NCBI GenBank assembly: GCA_049511795.1
Contig: JBEKXS010000002.1
Coordinates: forward strand, 1-32,000
Length of the DNA stretch: 32,000 nt
Origin: Candidatus Saccharimonadota bacterium
Lineage (GTDB): Archaea; Nanobdellota; Nanobdellia; Pacearchaeales; GW2011-AR1
Direction of reading: 5' to 3'
In this document: positions 23,041 to 30,631 of the stretch, one piece after another
Layout: the number at the start of each line of letters is the position of its first letter
How positions within the stretch are numbered: position 1 is the first letter of the stretch
Made by a program: the position numbers and the translations under genes
Notes under the pieces: model-generated
What the model was told of the DNA's origin: nothing
The model's input: the letters and a program-made list of their open reading frames with translations, nothing else
The model's database searches: none

Positions 23041-24693
23041 ATGGCAATAATAACATTCAGCAAAAAACAATTTGAAAAAGATATTGGAAGCTTTGATGAA
23101 AAAATAAAGGACAAGATTGCAATGTTTGGAACTCCTTTTGAAAGAGAGGAAGGAGATGAAATAAGCATTGAAGTTTTTCCCAACAGGCCTGACTTGCTTT
23201 CATATCAGGGATTCAAGCGCGGCTTCCTTGGATTTTTGGGCAAAAAAACAGGTTTGGTTCAGTATAAATTAAACAAGCCTGAAGAAAATTACAAAGTTAT
23301 AATTGATTCTTCTGTAAAAGACATAAGACCTTACACAGCATGCGCAATAATCCGCGGATTGCAACTTGATGATGAAAAAATAAAGGAGATAATTCAGGTT
23401 CAGGAAATGCTGCACTTGACTTTGGGAAGAAGAAGGAAAAAAGCAGCCATAGGAATTTACCCATTAGAAAAAATCCAATTGCCAATAACTTTCAAGGCAG
23501 TTGAACCTGACAAAATAAAATTCACTCCTCTTGAAATGGACAAAGAGCTTTCTGGCCTTGAGATTCTTCAGAAACATTCTGCAGGAAAAGAGTATGCTCA
23601 TCTTCTTGCAGGAAAAATAAAGTTTCCTATTTTTGTGGATGCAAAAGACCAAATCTTGAGTATGCCGCCTATAATAAATTCTCAGCAAACAGGTCGTGTG
23701 ACTTCAGAAACAAAAGATGTTTTTGTAGAATGCTCTGGCTCTGATATGAACACACTAAAAATATGCCTTAACATAATAACAACATGTTTTGCAGACATTG
23801 GCGGAAAGATTTACCAAATGGAACTTTCACGCGGTCAGCTTAGAGGAAAAGAATTAACTCCTGATTTCACACCAAGAGTTATGAAAATTTCTCTTGAAAA
23901 TACAAACAAGCTTTTGGGAACAGACATCAGTGAGAAAGAGCTTAAAGAATTCCTGGAAAGAATGGGATACAATTATAAAAACAAGCTGGCAGAAATTCCA
24001 GCATGGAGAACAGATATTTTGCATGAAGTTGACTTGATAGAGGATGTTGCAATTGCATATGGCTATGAAAATCTTGTTCCTGAAATTCCAGAGATATCAA
24101 CAACAGGAGAAGAAAGCGGAAAAGAAAAGATAAAGAGAGGCATTGCCAATATTCTTGCAGGTCTTAGTTTCTTGGAAGCTTCAAGTTATCATCTGACAAA
24201 CAAGAAAGCACAGCTGGAAAATATGAATTTGCCTGAAAAAGAAAAAGTTATAGAAGTTGAGCAGTCAAAAACAGAGTATAACGTTCTTAGAAAAAATCTT
24301 ACTCACTCTTTATTGAAAATTCTTTCTGAAAATGTAGATTCAGAATATCCACAGAAAATATTTGAAATTGGAAAGATATTCAACATGGTTTCTGAAAAAA
24401 TAGTTGAAAAAGAATCTCTTTCCTTGGCAATTGCGCCAGGAAACTTTACAGAAGTAAGGCAGGCAATTGAATATCTTTTCAGAATGCTGGAAATAAATGT
24501 TTCTTTTTCAGAGCCAAAAAACATGCTGCCTTGGTTCATAGACGGAAGGACAGCTGAGATCTCATTAAACGGAAAATCTCTTGGCTTCATAGGAGAAATT
24601 CATCCAAAAATCCTGAAAAACTGGAAGATAAAAATGCCTGTGGCCCTTTTCGAGATTGATTTAGATGAAGTTTTCAAGAAGTTGTTAGGCTAA
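23041..24693 (+). CDS. pheT: Phenylalanyl-tRNA synthetase beta subunit (archaeal type)
   Basis: 550 aa. B3/4 and B5 domain patterns (..WRTDILHEVDLIEDVAIAYGYEN..). It belongs to the same tight cluster as pheS. Confidence 0.9.
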   Translation: MAIITFSKKQFEKDIGSFDEKIKDKIAMFGTPFEREEGDEISIEVFPNRPDLLSYQGFKRGFLGFLGKKTGLVQYKLNKPEENYKVIIDSSVKDIRPYTACAIIRGLQLDDEKIKEIIQVQEMLHLTLGRRRKKAAIGIYPLEKIQLPITFKAVEPDKIKFTPLEMDKELSGLEILQKHSAGKEYAHLLAGKIKFPIFVDAKDQILSMPPIINSQQTGRVTSETKDVFVECSGSDMNTLKICLNIITTCFADIGGKIYQMELSRGQLRGKELTPDFTPRVMKISLENTNKLLGTDISEKELKEFLERMGYNYKNKLAEIPAWRTDILHEVDLIEDVAIAYGYENLVPEIPEISTTGEESGKEKIKRGIANILAGLSFLEASSYHLTNKKAQLENMNLPEKEKVIEVEQSKTEYNVLRKNLTHSLLKILSENVDSEYPQKIFEIGKIFNMVSEKIVEKESLSLAIAPGNFTEVRQAIEYLFRMLEINVSFSEPKNMLPWFIDGRTAEISLNGKSLGFIGEIHPKILKNWKIKMPVALFEIDLDEVFKKLLG

Positions 24694-24699
24694 TAAAAA

Positions 24700-25194
24700 T
24701 CACCCGAAATAGCCTTTGTTATTCTCTTCTGGTTTTGTCTCATGGCTTTTTTCTATCTTTTCAAATATTTTAGCCATGTCTTTTTTTATTCCTTGCCACA
24801 TATTGAATGATTCTATAATAAATTCAGCTTCTTTCTGTTCATTGTATTCAAGGTCTCTCTCTATGAATTTTACCTCATTCTGCATAAGTTTCTTGTAAAC
24901 TTCTGAAAGAGTTCTTTTGTCTTCAGGACTCATTATTTTTATTATTGTAAAAACAAACATTGGCGCATTCACTGGATTCAAAAGATTCTCGATAAATCTC
25001 ATGTAATTTGCGCATTTGTCGCCAACCATCCTTCTTATTTCCCTTATCAACATGTCTGTTTCATTTTCAGCTATTTTTTCTATGTAGAATTCTTCATTCA
25101 TTTCCTTGAAGCTTGGCAGTTTTTCATTTTTCTGCAGCTTTTCATATTCCTTCTTCAGCTGCTCCAAACCCATGCCATTGCCTGTTTTCTCCAT
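24700..25194 (-). CDS. Hypothetical cytoplasmic helical protein
   Basis: 164 aa, charged and probably helical. I recognise no motif. A TTTATAAA box at 25216-25223 lies 29 nt upstream. Confidence 0.6.
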   Translation of the reverse strand: MEKTGNGMGLEQLKKEYEKLQKNEKLPSFKEMNEEFYIEKIAENETDMLIREIRRMVGDKCANYMRFIENLLNPVNAPMFVFTIIKIMSPEDKRTLSEVYKKLMQNEVKFIERDLEYNEQKEAEFIIESFNMWQGIKKDMAKIFEKIEKSHETKPEENNKGYFG

Positions 25195-25215
25195 GACTGA
25201 TTTTATTGTTTCCCA

Positions 25216-25223
25216 TTTATAAA
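25216..25223 (-). promoter_or_regulatory. TTTATAAA box 29 nt upstream of the ATG at 25194
   Basis: Exact consensus box. Confidence 0.5.
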
Positions 25224-25234
25224 CATGTTGAGAA

Positions 25235-25308
25235 AGCCTCGGCCGAGGATTGAACTCGGGACCTCGTCCTTACCAAGGACGCGCTCTAACCAACTGAGCC
25301 ACCGAGGC
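25235..25308 (-). tRNA. tRNA-Thr (anticodon GGU)
   Basis: The reverse complement folds as GCCTCGG-TG-GCTC-AGTTGGTTA-GAGC-G-CGTCC-TTGGTAA-GGACG-AGGTC-CCGAG-TTCAATC-CTCGG-CCGAGGC-T. All stems are perfect. Length 74 nt. Confidence 0.9.
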
Positions 25309-25387
25309 TTTAATTCAAGGCTAAAACAAACCTTGTAATAAAAGAAAAATTATACTATATAAAGTGTGTGCAAAAAAGGAATTGTAA

Positions 25388-25645
25388 CTACTTTCTTCCT
25401 GACTTAACAATAAGCAGAATAATCAAAATAATCAAAAGAGCCAGTGAAAGGAATCCAAATACTATAAACAATATTTCAAAAAGATTGAAGAAAATTGAAT
25501 GTTCAGTTGAAAGGAAAAAAAATCCAAGTGAGACTATAAAAAGAATTAAAAAAAGTACAAGATTCTTCCATAGAATATGTATCCTTCTTTGCAACGGACT
25601 GTTGTCCTCTCTTTGCCTCACCACTCTTCTTTTTCTTCTAGGCAT
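25388..25645 (-). CDS. Small membrane protein (Arg-rich N-terminus, 2 TM segments)
   Basis: 85 aa. I chose it over the overlapping plus-strand ORF for two reasons. It has clean TM segments, and an exact TTTATAAA box (25667-25674) lies 29 nt upstream of its ATG. Confidence 0.55.
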   Translation of the reverse strand: MPRRKRRVVRQREDNSPLQRRIHILWKNLVLFLILFIVSLGFFFLSTEHSIFFNLFEILFIVFGFLSLALLIILIILLIVKSGRK

Positions 25646-25666
25646 TGTAATATATAGTTATTTTAG

Positions 25667-25674
25667 TTTATAAA
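25667..25674 (-). promoter_or_regulatory. TTTATAAA box 29 nt upstream of the ATG at 25645
   Basis: Exact consensus box. Confidence 0.5.
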
Positions 25675-25688
25675 GATTACTCGAAGCG

Positions 25689-25946
25689 TTAGCCGGTAGT
25701 GCCATTAGAAATATTATTTACAGCAGGATTTGAAGCTGCATTCATGTTTTTTTCAGGAAGCCAATCAACTTTAATGACATATGAAGTCACGTCAACAGCT
25801 TTGTTAAAAAGATTTCCCAACCATGCAGAGTAATCTTGAAAAAAAGTCTGCCTTTCAGTAGAAACTGCTAAATGAAGATTCTGGTTGCTGATTATAAATA
25901 ATGCGCCGAGAAATAAAAGTTTTACAATAAGTATGGGAATTTTCAT
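25689..25946 (-). CDS. Small secreted or anchored protein with a C-terminal PAVNN motif
   Basis: 85 aa. Signal or anchor MKIPILIVKLLFLGALFIIS. The C-terminus is ..NPAVNNISNGTTG. The ATG lies 1 nt after the stop of the upstream gene. Confidence 0.5.
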   Translation of the reverse strand: MKIPILIVKLLFLGALFIISNQNLHLAVSTERQTFFQDYSAWLGNLFNKAVDVTSYVIKVDWLPEKNMNAASNPAVNNISNGTTG

Positions 25947-25947
25947 T

Positions 25948-26238
25948 TTATCCTGTAGAATTATTTACAGCAGGTCCAATTACCTTTCCTGTAAACTGGA
26001 AAACATTTGTAACAAGTCCTTTAATCCACAAAAAATATCCTTTGAATGAGGAAAATACATTATCAATTGATGAAAATGAGAAATTAGAGCCGCTTACAAA
26101 AAGAAAAACAACAAATAGTATAAAAAGAACTCCAATAAGGATGAAAAAGAAAGCAAACTGTGTCCTTAAATGACTTAATTTAAGAAGTATGTAGATAATT
26201 ATAACTGCGGCAATTGCGATTATCAAAAAAGTATTCAT
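25948..26238 (-). CDS. Small membrane protein (2 TM segments) with a C-terminal PAVNN motif
   Basis: 96 aa. The C-terminus is ..GPAVNNSTG. A TTTTTATA box (plus-strand 26260-26267) lies 29 nt upstream. Confidence 0.55.
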   Translation of the reverse strand: MNTFLIIAIAAVIIIYILLKLSHLRTQFAFFFILIGVLFILFVVFLFVSGSNFSFSSIDNVFSSFKGYFLWIKGLVTNVFQFTGKVIGPAVNNSTG

Positions 26239-26259
26239 AAAAAACTAAGTCTTTCCCAA

Positions 26260-26267
26260 TATAAAAA
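26260..26267 (-). promoter_or_regulatory. TATA box (TTTTTATA on the minus strand) 29 nt upstream of the ATG at 26238
   Basis: Spacing rule. Confidence 0.45.
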
Positions 26268-26289
26268 TATTTCTAGTTAATAATTACTG

Positions 26290-26748
26290 TCAGAATGGGC
26301 TGAAAAGCATGACAGCAATAAGAACAAGATCTGCAATAGCAAGGGTATAAAATATTACCTTATCTGTTAGTCCGCCTGATTTTATGAAGCCTTTTGAAAC
26401 TCCTTTGAATGGCCAGAAAGGCCTTATTCCTTGAACAGTGAATGCGTCTGCAAAAAGATGAAAGCTGTATCCCAAGAAAAATGGAAGAGCTACAATAGGA
26501 AGTAAAAAAGCAATAAGAATTGAAATCGCAACGCAAAATGTGTAGCTGTGAACTATTCCTCTATGGTCTGTAGTCATTTGAATAGGTTTTGCAAGAGGAT
26601 TTTTTCCTATGTATGAAAATCCAGAATCAACGTCAGGAAAAAGGCTTGATACAAGAACAATCGGAATGAACAAAAGCGGCTCTGTAACATGCGGCGCAAA
26701 AAAAAGCGCGACTGCAAGCCCAATGGCAAGATGTGTTTTCCACTGCAT
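26290..26748 (-). CDS. Membrane-bound metal-dependent hydrolase, YdjM/DUF457-like
   Basis: 152 aa. Motifs: MQWKTHLAIG, LFPDVDS, HRGIVHS, HLFADAFT..GI..FWPF. Confidence 0.75.
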   Translation of the reverse strand: MQWKTHLAIGLAVALFFAPHVTEPLLFIPIVLVSSLFPDVDSGFSYIGKNPLAKPIQMTTDHRGIVHSYTFCVAISILIAFLLPIVALPFFLGYSFHLFADAFTVQGIRPFWPFKGVSKGFIKSGGLTDKVIFYTLAIADLVLIAVMLFSPF

Positions 26749-26836
26749 AAAATATAATAGAAAATCAGAGATATAAATTTAACCTAAAAGGCTTGAAAGA
26801 AAGCTTTTAAAATATAAGCGATACTTAAACAATTAT

Positions 26837-26909
26837 AGCCCCATAGTATAGCGGTCAAGTATACGGCCCTCTGAAGGCTGTGACCCAGGTTCGAATCCTG
26901 GTGGGGCTA
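26837..26909 (+). tRNA. tRNA-Gln (anticodon CUG)
   Basis: Hand-folded, 73 nt.
- Acceptor stem: AGCCCCA / TGGGGCT, with the A1-U72 pair typical of archaeal tRNA-Gln.
- Anticodon arm: CGGCC-CTCTGAA-GGCTG.
- T arm: CCAGG-TTCGAAT-CCTGG.
- The D stem (GTAT/GTAT) is weak, with two G-U pairs. Confidence 0.85.
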
Positions 26910-26950
26910 TTCCTTGTAATCTTTAAAAAATCTTTTTTAAAAGTCTAGAA

Positions 26951-27121
26951 TTATAATTTTATTCTGAAATCAGAGGCTGTCTTTGGGTTTTTCTCATGCT
27001 GGTCCATCTCTCCTCTTTGAAGGCAGTCATAGCAAACATGAACTGTTCCGTCTTTTTCTTTTATTCTTCCAGTGCCTTTGCATTTTGGACAATTTGGGTT
27101 TGCGCTTGGCATGAATTTCAT
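26951..27121 (-). CDS. Small zinc-ribbon protein with a DnaJ-type CxxCxGxG motif; not in the ORF track
   Basis: My translation gives MKFMPSANPNCPKCKGTGRIKEKDGTVHVCYDCLQRGEMDQHEKNPKTASDFRIKL, 56 aa. The ATG is plus-strand cat 27119-27121 and the TAA stop is at 26951-26953. There are four Cys in CxxC...CxxC spacing. An AT-rich box lies about 28 nt upstream. It fills an otherwise empty gap of about 300 nt. Confidence 0.55.
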   Translation of the reverse strand: MKFMPSANPNCPKCKGTGRIKEKDGTVHVCYDCLQRGEMDQHEKNPKTASDFRIKL

Positions 27122-27180
27122 AATAAACCAGTGTATTTAAGTATTATTAGTCTAAAAAACAACAACCAATAATCAACAAA

Positions 27181-27188
27181 TTTAAATA
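27181..27188 (+). promoter_or_regulatory. TTTAAATA box 29 nt upstream of the ATG at 27210
   Basis: Spacing rule. Confidence 0.45.
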
Positions 27189-27209
27189 TGAATGGCACTT
27201 GTATAAATA

Positions 27210-27464
27210 ATGGCAGAAGAAAAGGAAATCGGAAGGATTTCAGGCTATTTTAGCCATGTTGGAGTTGCAGCTATAAAGCTTTCAGCTGGCTTGAAAGTCG
27301 GGGATACAATCCACATAAAGGGGCATACAACTGATGTTGAAGTAAAAGTTGGAAGCATACAGATAGACAGGGCTCCTGTAAAGATGGCTAAGAAAGGCGA
27401 CCACATTGGAATAAAGGTACCAGACAAAGTAAGACCAAATGATGTCGTTCTTCTTGTTCAATAA
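27210..27464 (+). CDS. Small beta-barrel protein resembling EF-Tu domain 2 (translation-factor-like)
   Basis: 84 aa. ..GVAAIKLSAGLKVGDTIHIKG...V.VGSIQIDRAPVKMAKKGDHIGIKV fits the domain-2 barrel pattern. Confidence 0.55.
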   Translation: MAEEKEIGRISGYFSHVGVAAIKLSAGLKVGDTIHIKGHTTDVEVKVGSIQIDRAPVKMAKKGDHIGIKVPDKVRPNDVVLLVQ

Positions 27465-27538
27465 ATTCTTTCTTTAAACAAATAGTCGCTACCACTGACA
27501 AACCTTAAATATACTTCTCAGCTTAAAAAATAATAACT

Positions 27539-27611
27539 GCCCCTGTAGTTCAGAGGCCAAGAATACGGCCTTCTCAAGGCTGTGACCCGAGTTCGAATCT
27601 CGGCAGGGGCG
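27539..27611 (+). tRNA. tRNA-Glu (anticodon CUC)
   Basis: Folds as GCCCCTG-TA-GTTC-AGAGGCCAA-GAAT-A-CGGCC-TTCTCAA-GGCTG-TGAC-CCGAG-TTCGAAT-CTCGG-CAGGGGC-G. Length 73 nt, followed by a T5 run. Confidence 0.9.
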
Positions 27612-27620
27612 TTTTTAAAA

Positions 27621-28073
27621 TTATTGAGTAGAATCTGTTTGAATTTCTCTAGCAGGTTCAAAAGTTCCGTCTCCTCTGCCTTTTGCTAACATTTTTTTTG
27701 TGCCAAAAACATAAAAAAGATCTGCTTTTCCATCACCATCAAAATCTTTAACTGCAAATTCACTTATTTCTCCATGTATAGGTTTTGAAATAGGTTTTTT
27801 TGGTCCAAATGTTCCATTACCATTACCATGAGCAAAATAAAAAGCATAATCCATATCATAAGACTGACCTAAACCAGGCATACCTCTGTGGATATGTGTT
27901 CCATCATGCATATCAACTACATAATAATCAATAAAGTCATAAGAGATAGCATCAGCTTTTCCATCACCGTCTACATCTTGGTAAACTGTATCATAATGTC
28001 TAGGAATATTAACACAACCTAGACTAAATCCTAATGCACCTAAAGCAATTAATTTGCTAAGTGTTTTTCTCAT
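27621..28073 (-). CDS. FG-GAP/VCBS-repeat lipoprotein-like protein
   Basis: 150 aa. Signal with a lipobox-like LGFSLGC. Two Ca-binding-type repeats, DVDGDGKAD and DFDGDGKAD. Confidence 0.7.
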   Translation of the reverse strand: MRKTLSKLIALGALGFSLGCVNIPRHYDTVYQDVDGDGKADAISYDFIDYYVVDMHDGTHIHRGMPGLGQSYDMDYAFYFAHGNGNGTFGPKKPISKPIHGEISEFAVKDFDGDGKADLFYVFGTKKMLAKGRGDGTFEPAREIQTDSTQ

Positions 28074-28139
28074 TATTTTCTAAGTCTTATAATGACTTAT
28101 AAAGATTGTGAATTTTATGTTCATAGCTATTCCACTAGA

Positions 28140-28147
28140 TTTTTAAA
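28140..28147 (+). promoter_or_regulatory. TTTTTAAA box 29 nt upstream of the L41e ATG at 28169
   Basis: Spacing rule. It supports the micro-ORF as a real transcription unit. Confidence 0.45.
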
Positions 28148-28168
28148 CCAAATTTTCTAAGTTCTATT

Positions 28169-28285
28169 ATGAAAAGAAGCTCAAGGCGTTGGAAAAAGAA
28201 AAGACAGATGAGATGGAAATGGCAACGAAAGCGCCTTAGAAAAGAGAAGCACAAAAGAAAGGTAAGAAGACAAAGAAGTATCTAA
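28169..28285 (+). CDS. rpl41e: 50S ribosomal protein L41e; not in the ORF track
   Basis: My codon-by-codon translation gives MKRSSRRWKKKRQMRWKWQRKRLRKEKHKRKVRRQRSI, 38 aa with a TAA stop at 28283-28285. The extremely Arg/Lys-rich sequence with the RRWKKK..MRWKW..KRLR pattern matches archaeal L41e as I remember it. A T-rich tract follows. Confidence 0.7.
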   Translation: MKRSSRRWKKKRQMRWKWQRKRLRKEKHKRKVRRQRSI

Positions 28286-28417
28286 TTTTTCTATTTTTTC
28301 TGTTGTTTTTCACAAACAATACAACAATATTTATAAGCAGCAACTTCTTCAAAAAATTAAGCCTCACGTCAAAGGCCAAATTGACGGTCAAATTAAATTT
28401 GACAAATATAAAATAAA

Positions 28418-29377
28418 ATGGTTTCTGAAATATGGACAGAGAAGTATAGGCCATCAAAATTTATAGATGTTGTAGGTCAAGATGACACTGTAAAAAAAAT
28501 TGAATCTCTTACAGGCTCGCTTAATATTCCTCATCTTCTTTTCGCGGGTCCTGCTGGAACAGGAAAGTCAACGCTCGCCTTGATTATAGTAAAAGAGCTT
28601 TTTGCGAAAAACTGGAGAGAAAATTATCTTGAATTAAATGCCTCTGATGAGCGTGGTATTAACATTATCAGGGAAAAAGTAAAGAATTTTGCAAGGACAA
28701 AATCAATAGGAAATGTTCCTTTCAAAATAATCTTCCTTGATGAAGCAGACGCACTCACGCCAGAAGCTCAGCAAGCTTTGAGAAGAACAATGGAAAATTA
28801 TTCATCAACTTGCCGTTTTGTTTTGTCATGCAACTATTCGAGCAAAATTATTGACCCTATTCAATCGCGTTGTGCAATCTTCAGGTTCAAGCTTCTTGAA
28901 AAGAAAGACATTGCACGCGTTATTCAAAAAATAGCAGATGGAGAAAAGCTTACAATAAATCCAGATGCACTTGAATTAATTTACGAAGGCAGTGAAGGAG
29001 ACTGCAGGCGATGTATCAACATTCTTCAGTCAACAGCATCAATTTCTCCATCAATAAACTTTGATTTAGTTTCAACAGTTATTTCAAATGCAAAGCCAAA
29101 AGACATCAGGATTGTAATGGATTATGCAATTTCTGGAGATTTCCAGAAAGCAAGAGAAAAACTTTTGGATTCAATGTTAAGGGATGGTATTTCAGGCCAG
29201 GATGTCATAAAAGCAATACAAAAAGAACTTTGGAACTTGCCTGTTGAGCCAGAAGTCAAGGTCAAGTTAACAGAAAAAACAGGCGAGGCAGAATTCAGGA
29301 TTGTCGAAGGCAGTGACCCTTTCATTCAACTGCAATCTCTTCTGGCAAGTTTTGTTCTTGCTGGCTTGGGATTGTAA
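28418..29377 (+). CDS. rfcS: Replication factor C small subunit
   Basis: 319 aa. WTEKYRP, Walker A GPAGTGKST, Walker B FLDEADALT, and the SRC motif SRCAIFRF. No intein. Confidence 0.92.
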   Translation: MVSEIWTEKYRPSKFIDVVGQDDTVKKIESLTGSLNIPHLLFAGPAGTGKSTLALIIVKELFAKNWRENYLELNASDERGINIIREKVKNFARTKSIGNVPFKIIFLDEADALTPEAQQALRRTMENYSSTCRFVLSCNYSSKIIDPIQSRCAIFRFKLLEKKDIARVIQKIADGEKLTINPDALELIYEGSEGDCRRCINILQSTASISPSINFDLVSTVISNAKPKDIRIVMDYAISGDFQKAREKLLDSMLRDGISGQDVIKAIQKELWNLPVEPEVKVKLTEKTGEAEFRIVEGSDPFIQLQSLLASFVLAGLGL

Positions 29378-29386
29378 AGAGGATAA

Positions 29387-30589
29387 ATGGTAGAACCTGA
29401 AAAAGCGGAAACATGGACAGAAAAATACAGACCTGAATATTTTGTAGAAGTTGAAGGTCAGCAGCAAGCTGTTTTACTTCTGAAAGATTTTCTTAAAAAA
29501 TTCGCAGCGGGAAACAAGGCTATTATAATTCATGGGCCTCCTGGAACAGGAAAGACAAGCCTGGCTTTCGCAGCTGCAAATGAAAACCATGCAGAACTTT
29601 TTGAATTGAATGCCTCTGACTTGAGAAACAGGGAAAAGCTGATTGAAATACTAAAGCCAGCAACAGAACAAAGGTCTTTGACAAAAGAAAAAAAGATAAT
29701 TCTTGTTGATGAAGTTGATGGTATTTCAGAAACAGATAAAGGTGGGCTTCTTGAACTCATTGCTCTTGTTGAATCTTCGTCATATCCAATGATAATAACT
29801 GCAAATGACATCTGGGACAGGAAATTCACTGCATTAAGAAAAAAAGCAGACATGATTCAGCTGAAGGAAATAGATTACAAGACAATAAAAAACGTCTTGG
29901 TTTCAATTTTAAAGAAAGAGAAAAAATTCATTGAAAGTGACGTTGTGACAAACATTGCAATAAAGGCACGCGGAGATTTGCGTGCTGCAATAAATGATTT
30001 GCAGATAGCTTCTGGAATGAAAAATCCAGGGCAGATAATTGTCGATGAAAGAAACAAGGAAATTGATATTTTCTCTGCATTAAGGATGATTTTCAAGGGC
30101 AAACCAACAGAAAGCATGCTTCAGCTTCTTGATTCAGTTAACATGCCTATTGATGAAATAATGCTTTGGGTTGAGGAAAATATTCCTGCGGAATATCAGG
30201 GCCAGGAACTTGCAAAGGCAATTGATGCATTAAGCAAAGTAGATATCTTCAAAAGGAGAATTTACAGACAGCAATACTGGCGTTTCCTTGTTTATGAAAA
30301 TGCGTTATTGAGTTATGGTATTTCAAGCGCAAAGAAAAATGTCAAAACAGGCTTCACAAGCTACAAAAAACCTACAAGAATTCTGAAAATCTGGCTAAAC
30401 AATCAGAAATATGACAAAAAGAAATCAATCTCAAGAAAATATGCAGAATATGTTCACATCGGAGAAAAAAGAGCTTACAAGGAATTCCCAGAAGTGCAGG
30501 CTTTTCTCATGAGACCGGAAATCCAGAAAGAGCTCAGGCTTTCTGAAGAAGAAGTTGCATATTTGCACAATGCATCCAAAGCAGAATAA
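29387..30589 (+). CDS. rfcL: Replication factor C large subunit
   Basis: 400 aa. WTEKYRP, GPPGTGKTS, LVDEVDG. A GAGG motif lies just upstream and the gene starts 9 nt after rfcS. Confidence 0.88.
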   Translation: MVEPEKAETWTEKYRPEYFVEVEGQQQAVLLLKDFLKKFAAGNKAIIIHGPPGTGKTSLAFAAANENHAELFELNASDLRNREKLIEILKPATEQRSLTKEKKIILVDEVDGISETDKGGLLELIALVESSSYPMIITANDIWDRKFTALRKKADMIQLKEIDYKTIKNVLVSILKKEKKFIESDVVTNIAIKARGDLRAAINDLQIASGMKNPGQIIVDERNKEIDIFSALRMIFKGKPTESMLQLLDSVNMPIDEIMLWVEENIPAEYQGQELAKAIDALSKVDIFKRRIYRQQYWRFLVYENALLSYGISSAKKNVKTGFTSYKKPTRILKIWLNNQKYDKKKSISRKYAEYVHIGEKRAYKEFPEVQAFLMRPEIQKELRLSEEEVAYLHNASKAE

Positions 30590-30602
30590 ATTTTGCACTA
30601 AT

Positions 30603-30610
30603 TTTATAAA
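30603..30610 (+). promoter_or_regulatory. TTTATAAA box 29 nt upstream of the ATG at 30632
   Basis: Exact consensus box. Confidence 0.5.
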
Positions 30611-30631
30611 CATCTTCAACTATTTATTATA

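Noticed and set aside
25368-25673. 101-aa plus-strand ORF overlapping 25388..25645
   Set aside because: The minus-strand ORF has clean TM helices, a TTTATAAA box exactly 29 nt upstream, and the same orientation as the following small-protein genes. The plus-strand ORF has none of these.
26951-27121. Zinc-ribbon micro-protein as the Trm112 partner of the Trm9-like methyltransferase
   Set aside because: The sequence does not resemble the Trm112 pattern as I remember it (L.CP.C...L......L.C..C...Y.I.dGIP). It is also 22 kb away from the methyltransferase.
28367-28403. CGTCAA-N8-TTGACG inverted repeat and CAAATTGAC/AAATTTGAC repeats upstream of rfcS, considered as origin-recognition-box-like elements
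   Set aside because: The repeats are short and few, no cdc6/orc1 gene is adjacent, and there is no extended AT-rich unwinding element beyond background. They are more likely promoter-proximal or terminator sequence.
28236-28457. 73-aa minus-strand ORF
   Set aside because: It overlaps both the L41e micro-gene and the rfcS start, and its composition is low-complexity F/L/K/N-rich.
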